Positions 57,126-64,000 of a stretch of 64,000 bases of DNA are shown here, piece by piece (the stretch's first letter is position 1; each line of letters starts with the position of its first letter). The stretch comes from Methanobacteriota archaeon. GTDB taxonomy: Archaea; Thermoplasmatota; Thermoplasmata; SG8-5; JAGLSY01. The stretch covers positions 160,001-224,000 of the forward strand of contig JAEHCO010000003.1 in NCBI GenBank assembly GCA_020697715.1, written 5' to 3'. The position numbers and the translations under genes were made by a program. The notes under the pieces are model-generated. The model saw only the letters and a list, made by a program, of their open reading frames with translations. It did not search any database and was not told the DNA's origin.

Positions 57126-59705
57126 GTGGAAGAGATTAGAAAGTTCGTATCTATCTGGCTATGCTTTGTTATGGTGGCAGGGTCTGCTATTGTTATGGTT
57201 GATAATCAAGATATTGTGGATGCTGGAAATGTATCTTATAACACTTTAAAACTCAACCCTCCACCGATCGATCAGTTGGCTTTTAACGAGATAAAAAAAT
57301 TAGTGGCTAGTGATGGCGTAGCATCGGACTATTTTGGTTATTCAATATCTCTATCTGGTGATACAGTGATTGTAGGTGCACGCAATCATGATGTTGGTGG
57401 AAATGAAAAACAAGGCTCTGCTTATATTTTTGAGCAAAATGAAGGCGGAGAATACAACTGGGGTGAGGTCACCAAGCTTGTTGCATCTGACGGAGCATCA
57501 GGTGACGAATTTGGTCGCTCAGTCTCTATACATGGCGACACGGTGGTTGTTAGTGCATTTATTGATGATATAGACGGAAATACAGATCAAGGTTCTGCTT
57601 ATATTTTTGAAAGAAATGCTGGCGGAGTTAATAACTGGGGCGAGGTCACCAAGCTCACTGCATCTGATGGAGCACCTGATGACATTTTTGGTCTTTCAGT
57701 CTCTCTATCTAATGACATATTGGCTGTAGGTGCACCTTATGCTGTCATCAGTGGAAATATTATGCAGGGCTCTGCATATATTTTTGAGCGAAATATGGGC
57801 GGTGCTGATAACTGGGGCGAGGTCACCAAACTCATTTCATCAGATGGCGTAGCAGGCGATTATTTTGGCTATTCTGTTTCCATGTTCAATGATACTTTAG
57901 CTGTTGGCGCAATCCATGCTGAGGTCGGTGGGAATGCTGATCAAGGCTCTGTATATGTTTTCGAGCGAAATATGGGCGGTGCTGATAACTGGGGTGAGGT
58001 CACCAAGATTGTTGCATCCGATGGAGGAAACGGTGACTCTTTTGGCTATTCAATTTCCATATTCAATGATATTTTGGCTGTAGGTGCAGAACGTGCTGAT
58101 GCATTCCGGGGCTCTGCTTATATATTCGACCGAAATACAGGAGGGGCCGATAACTGGGGGCAGGTGTCTAAGCTCACAGCATCCGATGGAGCGGCGAGCG
58201 ATTATTTTGGCGAATCAATTTGCATATCCAATGACACGTTGATTGTAGGTGCTTATGCTGCCGATATCGGTGTAAATATCCGGCAGGGTGCCGCGTATCT
58301 TTTTGAGCGTAATGCTGGTGGTGCCGACAACTGGGGGCAGGTTAATAAGCTCATAGCATCCGATGGAGCGGCGAGCGATTACTTTGGTCGTTCAGTTTGC
58401 ATATCTGATGAAACACTAGTTGTGAGTGCATATTCTGATGATTTTAAACAAGGCTCTGCATACATTTTTTCTTTGCATATTGAGCCAATGATATCACTTC
58501 TATCTCCTGCAAATAACTCAGTTATAACTTCTGGGACAATAATAGATATTGAAGTAACGGGCTCTCACTTTATCAATGTGAATTATTCAGTGAATGGAGG
58601 GCTAAACACAACCCTCCCTGCACCATATGACATTGACACCACTCTCTGGGCTGATGGGTCATATATGATCGAGGTTCATGCAAATAACACTCCTGACAAT
58701 AATATTTCAAGCTCTTACAATTTCATTATTGATTCATCAGCACCAGAGATCATCCATCAACATATTATTTCTACTCCCACCATCCAGTCTGTAAATATAA
58801 CAGCCAATATAACAGACATTGTTGGAGTTAATGAGGTCTATCTCAATTACACCGACACCAATGGAATGAATCACAATGCCTCAATGAACCAATGGGGAGG
58901 AAATTGGTCTTATGATATCCCTGCTCAGAACAGCCTCGGATTTGTAGATTATTTCATCTGGTGTGATGATCTTTTCGACTATGCGAATCAAACGCCTATT
59001 TACCACATCCAAATAATCGAACCATTCTCCATAGCGGACATCGAGCCAGATTCAATCGCATTACCGATCTATCCAAACTGGAATCTCATCTCAATACCGA
59101 GAGAACCACTGGACAAAGGCAGTGATGGTAAATTCACTGCCTTCGATTTGCTTCGTGAGATTCAGGAAGACCTCGGCGTCTTTTCTTTCAGCGTGGCCAG
59201 GCATAATGGTGGAATCCCCAGTTCTTATACCGTCTTCGATTCTGGAACTATGGAAGGGGCCTTCAATGACTTCGAGATAACCAATACAGATGCCTACTGG
59301 CTATACGCGCCAGCGGTCTATGGAATGGTGAATATCGAAAGCCAGGACATAGCCAACTGGGGAATTGATAATGTCAAGGTACTGGATGCTGGCTGGAATA
59401 TGCTGGGATTCCCACATAACAATTCAGTGGGTGGCGCACAGCCAGGTGGGTGGAACACGCAGCTGAGAGCGCACCATTTCACAGATGGCACGATCGATCC
59501 CGATCTCGTTGTTGGAGTTGTGGATCAAGATATGATAATCGCCACGCGCTGGATACCGACAACTCACCAGTATGAGAGCTATCTTGTGAATACTACATTT
59601 TCAGGAATTGCCAGCAAGGATTGGTATTACGATTCTTATTATTCAATAGGGTACTGGCTATGGGTTGAGAATAGTGTTGAAGTTACCTTCGATACAGAAT
59701 TCTAA
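57126..59705 (+). CDS. Secreted FG-GAP seven-bladed beta-propeller surface protein with Ig-like domains
   Basis: Seven KL.ASDG...D.FG.S repeats with GSAYIF/NWG motifs; C-terminal WNLISIP/GWNMLG domain. Confidence 0.85.
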   Translation: MEEIRKFVSIWLCFVMVAGSAIVMVDNQDIVDAGNVSYNTLKLNPPPIDQLAFNEIKKLVASDGVASDYFGYSISLSGDTVIVGARNHDVGGNEKQGSAYIFEQNEGGEYNWGEVTKLVASDGASGDEFGRSVSIHGDTVVVSAFIDDIDGNTDQGSAYIFERNAGGVNNWGEVTKLTASDGAPDDIFGLSVSLSNDILAVGAPYAVISGNIMQGSAYIFERNMGGADNWGEVTKLISSDGVAGDYFGYSVSMFNDTLAVGAIHAEVGGNADQGSVYVFERNMGGADNWGEVTKIVASDGGNGDSFGYSISIFNDILAVGAERADAFRGSAYIFDRNTGGADNWGQVSKLTASDGAASDYFGESICISNDTLIVGAYAADIGVNIRQGAAYLFERNAGGADNWGQVNKLIASDGAASDYFGRSVCISDETLVVSAYSDDFKQGSAYIFSLHIEPMISLLSPANNSVITSGTIIDIEVTGSHFINVNYSVNGGLNTTLPAPYDIDTTLWADGSYMIEVHANNTPDNNISSSYNFIIDSSAPEIIHQHIISTPTIQSVNITANITDIVGVNEVYLNYTDTNGMNHNASMNQWGGNWSYDIPAQNSLGFVDYFIWCDDLFDYANQTPIYHIQIIEPFSIADIEPDSIALPIYPNWNLISIPREPLDKGSDGKFTAFDLLREIQEDLGVFSFSVARHNGGIPSSYTVFDSGTMEGAFNDFEITNTDAYWLYAPAVYGMVNIESQDIANWGIDNVKVLDAGWNMLGFPHNNSVGGAQPGGWNTQLRAHHFTDGTIDPDLVVGVVDQDMIIATRWIPTTHQYESYLVNTTFSGIASKDWYYDSYYSIGYWLWVENSVEVTFDTEF

Positions 59706-59721
59706 AAATAGAGGTATTTCC

Positions 59722-60165
59722 TCAATCCTTTATCTTCAACTGGAATTCTAGTGGGAAATTGACCGCATTCGTGACAGTGCAATGTGCTCGGGCCAGATCG
59801 AACACTTTCTCGATCTTTTCCTTGTCCGCACCATCTGTCCAAACCGATAATTTCATGCTTCCGGCAACCACACGTTCCTGGCCTTCGACAAAATCTGTTT
59901 CAGTTTTCACATCCACCGATATGTCGCTGACATGAATCCTGGATTTGTGGGCTGAATAAAGGAATGTGGTCATCAAGCACGACCCCATTGCGGAGGAGAA
60001 TATCTCCAATGGCGCGGGAGCTGTGTTCGTACCAAAAAGGCCTTTAGGTTTGTCGCATGCGATCTCCATGCCTCTTATCAGGGAAGTTGTCTTCAGACCG
60101 CCTTCCCACATTACCTTTGCTCTTGCCTCGCTCTTTGCTTCTCCAGACATCCAATTCAGCTCCAC
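59722..60165 (-). CDS. OsmC/Ohr family protein
   Basis: DKP...GTN.AP.P.E.....GSC, HCTV.N. Confidence 0.85.
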   Translation of the reverse strand: MELNWMSGEAKSEARAKVMWEGGLKTTSLIRGMEIACDKPKGLFGTNTAPAPLEIFSSAMGSCLMTTFLYSAHKSRIHVSDISVDVKTETDFVEGQERVVAGSMKLSVWTDGADKEKIEKVFDLARAHCTVTNAVNFPLEFQLKIKD

Positions 60166-60268
60166 TACTGTAATGTTCTAAGCCTGTATTATATATAATT
60201 ATTACTGCTGAATATTGATCTTCAAACTGGCAAATATTTAATATCGAATTGGCCATTCCTGTAAATAC

Positions 60269-60967
60269 ATGAAAAGAACCCCCATCCAGAAATTCTATTT
60301 CGATATTTCTAAGAGATACGAGGTGGTCAATACCTGCATCACCATGGGTCTTGATAAGCCATGGCGCAGGAAGGCCGCGAAGACCGCGTCCTCCCTAGGT
60401 GGTAAGATGTGGCTGGACATGTGCTGTGGCACAGGAGACATGTCCGCGGATCTGAACCAGCACATTGGCCAGGATACGAGATTGGTGATGGCGGACTTCT
60501 CTCAGGAAATGATGGATATCGCCAATAGCAAACCAGGATTGGAGGACAAGGACAAGACCCTGGCCGATGCTTTCAATTTACCTTTCAAGGATAATTCTTT
60601 CGACCTGGTGACCATATCCTTCGCCACCAGGAACCTGAACCTTGGCCAGAGTGGTCTGGTAAAGGCATTTTCGGAGTTCAACAGGGTGTTGAAGCCAAAT
60701 GGAAAGCTGGTCAATATCGAGACAAGTCAGCCCAAGTCAAAGTTTGTAAAGTCCATGTTCCACCTTTATGTTGGGACGATAATCAAGCCCATTGGCTATG
60801 TTTTCACGGGGGACAAGACCAGCTATACTTTCCTGGCTTCTTCCATAACCAATTTCCTTGATCCGGAATCTTTCAATGAAGTATTGACCCGATCTGGTTT
60901 TTCAGACACGGCCTTCGAACCTCTTTTGTTCGGAGCTATTTCCATACACACGGCTAATAGCCAATGA
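60269..60967 (+). CDS. menG: UbiE/MenG family C-methyltransferase
   Basis: I..RY...N...T.G.D..WR, LDMCCGTGD, DFS..M, DA..LPF.DNSFD.VTISF..RN, RVLKP.G, Y..L..S. Confidence 0.85.
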   Translation: MKRTPIQKFYFDISKRYEVVNTCITMGLDKPWRRKAAKTASSLGGKMWLDMCCGTGDMSADLNQHIGQDTRLVMADFSQEMMDIANSKPGLEDKDKTLADAFNLPFKDNSFDLVTISFATRNLNLGQSGLVKAFSEFNRVLKPNGKLVNIETSQPKSKFVKSMFHLYVGTIIKPIGYVFTGDKTSYTFLASSITNFLDPESFNEVLTRSGFSDTAFEPLLFGAISIHTANSQ

Positions 60968-61013
60968 TGCCCCCTCATTCGATCATCACAATAGATAAAG
61001 GTAAATATTTCAG

Positions 61014-61679
61014 TTGTATAATCAGGGCTGCATGTGTTCGAAAGTCACCACTTCCATTCGGTCAGTGATGTTCACGTCTATCATTGCCGTGTTCCTACTC
61101 ACAATAGCTCTGGGTCATGCTAGTGGCGATGATAATGGCAAGGGCGATCTGGATGACACTTGTATCGGATGCCATTCGGACGGCGGTAGCGGAACTGTAT
61201 CTATCAGTTCCGAGCTTGACACCTATGAGGCCGGCCAGGATGTCATAATATCCGTCCCGGTCAATATGGATTCCAGTGATTCGGATGCCATGATGCCCGG
61301 TGTCATGATATTATCTGGAGCTGGGGACAATGTTAAGGATGCTGGCTGGATAATATCATCCGATCCAAATAACAATGCCCAACCTATGAACTATAATGAG
61401 ATGTCTGGGATATCTGGCGAGACTGAATTTCAATGGATCCTGAAAGCTCCTGTCACTCCTGGTGATCATGTGATCTACGCCAGACTTATTTACGATGATG
61501 GCGGAGCAAAATATCTGGAGACCGAGCCCCTTTCTTTCACAATAACGGAATCAACATCGGCGACATCTGGAACAGATACCACTGGTGAAGATGCAGACCC
61601 AACACCCAAAGCTTTAAGTTTCGGAATATTAGTAGGCATTGTAGGAATAATGATCATAACAATATTGAGGCGTAGATGA
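61014..61679 (+). CDS. Secreted monoheme/Reeler-like protein with C-terminal TM and basic tail
   Basis: Signal peptide, TCIGCH, F.W..KAP, Thr/Ser linker, TM, RRR; start may be 61032. Confidence 0.65.
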   Translation: MYNQGCMCSKVTTSIRSVMFTSIIAVFLLTIALGHASGDDNGKGDLDDTCIGCHSDGGSGTVSISSELDTYEAGQDVIISVPVNMDSSDSDAMMPGVMILSGAGDNVKDAGWIISSDPNNNAQPMNYNEMSGISGETEFQWILKAPVTPGDHVIYARLIYDDGGAKYLETEPLSFTITESTSATSGTDTTGEDADPTPKALSFGILVGIVGIMIITILRRR

Positions 61680-62767
61680 TGGCGGGCGAGGGAACTCCAA
61701 AGAATGCAGGCAAATCTGCGGGTCCGGTCGGGATCTTAGTGCTTATCCTAGTTGTGGCCATCGCGGTGGTCATTGTCCTTGCTTCCTACTCGGCCTATAT
61801 TGATTTTGCAGGTGAAGAGGCACCTGTCCTACACGTGGAGATCAGGCTAAGCGATGGGGAATATGATGATAATGCTGATAGATGGATAACCCAGATACAG
61901 TCATACGGCCCATATGTCAAGAATCTGAGCAGCGATGTCGAAGTATCATTAATATATGTAGATGCATTGGAAGCTCCCGCAGATGGAACATTCCTACTTG
62001 GTGAGAGGCCAGTTCTGGTGGTATATGCTTTCAATATGGATGATAATTGGAAGACTGGCAAGGCCTCTACAAAATACATAGGCCCGGGAGATTATGTATT
62101 GAATATAACCTTCCCACATACTCCTCAAACAGGAGACCTGATAAAGATCGTCTTCGAGGTTGCTTATGACAAGGATGTATATCCGACCGAAGACGCATAT
62201 CCTCTATTCGATTTTGATCGTTCCACTGTCGTATATCGATGGGGTGTTCCCAATATGGATGTTGGCCTTAATAGGTTCGCTAGCTCTGAATTTAATAGGG
62301 AAGCAATAGAGAAAGCAGATGGTGCTGTAGAGAGTTATAGATGGTTCGCAGACCCTGAAGAAGGCGTGGTCTTTGGATCTCCAGATAAAGCCATGACATC
62401 CATAAGTGCTACTGCGGATGGCACCTATGAGATTGTTATTGAAGCGACAGATGCCCAGGGCAATATAGGCTATGATTCATTCATCATGTTATGGGATACC
62501 ATCGCTCCCTCCGTGGATATTGGACCTGATGTGAATAGCACTCTGCCAATTAATAAAGTTGCAGTGGCCAGTGATGCCAATGGTATATCGAATTATACAT
62601 GGTCGAGAGTATCTGGCCCGGGTTATGTAACATTCAGTTCCCAATATGCTCCGATCACTGACATAAACGCATCAGTTCCTGGTAATTACACCATACAATT
62701 GAATATAATCGACAAGGCTGGAAATGTGGCTGTTGATGAGTTTATTTGGGTTTTCGAACAAGCTTAG
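61676..62767 (+). CDS. Membrane-anchored extracellular protein with PKD/Ig-like repeats
   Basis: N-terminal TM; SYRW/NYTW...SGPG...G.Y.I.L...D.AGN repeats. Confidence 0.6.
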   Translation: MMAGEGTPKNAGKSAGPVGILVLILVVAIAVVIVLASYSAYIDFAGEEAPVLHVEIRLSDGEYDDNADRWITQIQSYGPYVKNLSSDVEVSLIYVDALEAPADGTFLLGERPVLVVYAFNMDDNWKTGKASTKYIGPGDYVLNITFPHTPQTGDLIKIVFEVAYDKDVYPTEDAYPLFDFDRSTVVYRWGVPNMDVGLNRFASSEFNREAIEKADGAVESYRWFADPEEGVVFGSPDKAMTSISATADGTYEIVIEATDAQGNIGYDSFIMLWDTIAPSVDIGPDVNSTLPINKVAVASDANGISNYTWSRVSGPGYVTFSSQYAPITDINASVPGNYTIQLNIIDKAGNVAVDEFIWVFEQA

Positions 62768-62933
62768 TGTATAAAGAAAACGCCTGACATATTATCTACT
62801 ATATAAGGATAATACTTAACAAATTAACAATATTTATATACGATGTCTCTAATTATCATCCAATCCAAAACAGATTGAAAAATGAGAGAATGATTCTCCG
62901 AGATATCTCGGAGTTAGAAAAGAAGGTGAATAA

Positions 62934-63566
62934 ATGAAAAATAGATCTATAGTTCTAGCAGTATCAGTACTGTGTGTTGGAATAATGATTATGCCGTATA
63001 CGGTATCATTGTTCAGCACCCAGCATGACTGGAAGGCCGGGGCTGACGTGAATTGTATGACCTGCCACACGGACATAACCGAACCAGGCGCAACATACAT
63101 GCACGGCACCCTGACATCTGGAACAGCACAGGAATACTGTACAAGCTGTCATCAGCTTGGCTCACCTGGCTCTGGTGACGGTGTCACAGGAGAAGGTGGC
63201 TTTGATGATGAACATGCGGCAGTTTCCGTTGAGTGTCTAGATTGCCATGAGGCAGACGATGTCAATGGCGAAGGCACAGCAGATGTATGGTATTCCGGTA
63301 GTGGAGCTGAAGATGCTCTGGCAACTACTGAAAAGGCTTTTATAAACAATGCATCAGAAGCCCACAGTAATATGACCGGAACAGCCTCATTGGACGAGGG
63401 AGCATGGGCATCAGATTACCTTGCTGGTAACAACGAGGCCTGTATCGCATGTCACACAAATGTGACACTCGAAGTCTACATGACCTCAACCGCTCAGACA
63501 CTGAACATCACTGCTAGTGAGAACATATGGGGCAACTGGACTGTAACCTTTACAGCCAAGCCATAA
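62934..63566 (+). CDS. Secreted tetraheme cytochrome c resembling archaeal extracellular cytochrome nanowire subunits
   Basis: Signal peptide ending P.T.SLF..QH; CMTCH, CTSCH, HAA..VECLDCH, EAH, NEACIACHT; beta-rich C-terminal tail. Confidence 0.8.
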   Translation: MKNRSIVLAVSVLCVGIMIMPYTVSLFSTQHDWKAGADVNCMTCHTDITEPGATYMHGTLTSGTAQEYCTSCHQLGSPGSGDGVTGEGGFDDEHAAVSVECLDCHEADDVNGEGTADVWYSGSGAEDALATTEKAFINNASEAHSNMTGTASLDEGAWASDYLAGNNEACIACHTNVTLEVYMTSTAQTLNITASENIWGNWTVTFTAKP

Positions 63567-63584
63567 GCCATGAAATAAAGAATG

Positions 63585-63624
63585 AAGAAGAAGGCTCATA
63601 CCTTCTTCTTTCCCTTTCCTTTTT
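63585..63624 (+). terminator. Hairpin with T-rich tract after the tetraheme gene
   Basis: AAGAAGAAGG-CTCATA-CCTTCTTCTT followed by TCCCTTTCCTTTTT. Confidence 0.55.
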
Positions 63625-63678
63625 GATAATTTCTTTTTGATATCTTTTATATCGATGAAGGTCAATGGAAGAAATAAC

Positions 63679-64000
63679 ATGGCAGCGAAAAAAGAAAAAC
63701 AAAAACTGGACGAGAAGGGCCAGACCAATCTAAGGAATAATATATTCTTTGTAGCCTCATCTCTGATGATAGTGGCCACGATCATCCTTCAGAATCCCTT
63801 GATCGTCTTTTCTCTCTTCCTTCTGACAGTACTTCATTTAATGCATCATTCCAAAGCAAATGGCAATGAAGCGCCCAAATCATTCTTCAAAACACTGATA
63901 GACTACAGGAAGAAAAAGCGGATAGAACGCCTCACACAGAACCGCATGGCTCTCATAAGGGGTAAGCTGTATCGTCCTCGAAATTTTATTCTATTTGTCC
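63679..64000 (+). CDS. Hypothetical membrane protein, 3' end outside window
   Basis: MAAKKEKQKLDEKGQTNLRNNIFFVASSLMIVATIILQNPLIVFSLFLL..., open to the window end. Confidence 0.55.
   Translation, partial: MAAKKEKQKLDEKGQTNLRNNIFFVASSLMIVATIILQNPLIVFSLFLLTVLHLMHHSKANGNEAPKSFFKTLIDYRKKKRIERLTQNRMALIRGKLYRPRNFILFV

Noticed and set aside
57290-58470. Near-identical 30-40 bp repeats at roughly 160-180 bp spacing, superficially CRISPR-like
   Set aside because: They are in-frame FG-GAP blade repeats within one CDS, and no cas genes are present.

Overview
Gene-dense archaeal window. The archaeal call rests on GatDE, a split NuoJ, a PGF-CTERM-like anchor, CxxxY-type CcmE and TATA-like promoters; Thermoplasmatota affinity is my inference, not a tested placement. 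In order: a large GLUG/Ig-like/TSP3 surface protein running off the left edge and absent from the ORF track; hutU, rnz and an ammonia-lyase with an Ala-Cys-Gly MIO triad; a five-gene GDP-heptose-type cluster; a structured leader, a non-canonical tRNA-Gln(UUG)-like gene and divergent gatE-gatD; a nuoHIJ1J2KLMMN '2M' complex I membrane arm without nuoABCD; hdrCBA(HdrL-type)-flxDCBA; ccmABCDE and ccmF flanking two multiheme cytochrome c/cytochrome b modules and an atypical FAD oxidase; a CCG Fe-S protein with a LipS1/LipS2-type lipoate cluster; an FG-GAP surface protein, OsmC and MenG; and a tetraheme cytochrome resembling archaeal extracellular cytochrome nanowires. The best leads are (1) the hairpin, aberrant tRNA and gatED unit, (2) a conserved two-hairpin, SD-sequestering spacer shared by gatE-gatD and hdrA-mvhD, and (3) a candidate extracellular electron transfer system ending in a nanowire-like cytochrome. 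All calls come from reading motifs by eye; no searches were run.
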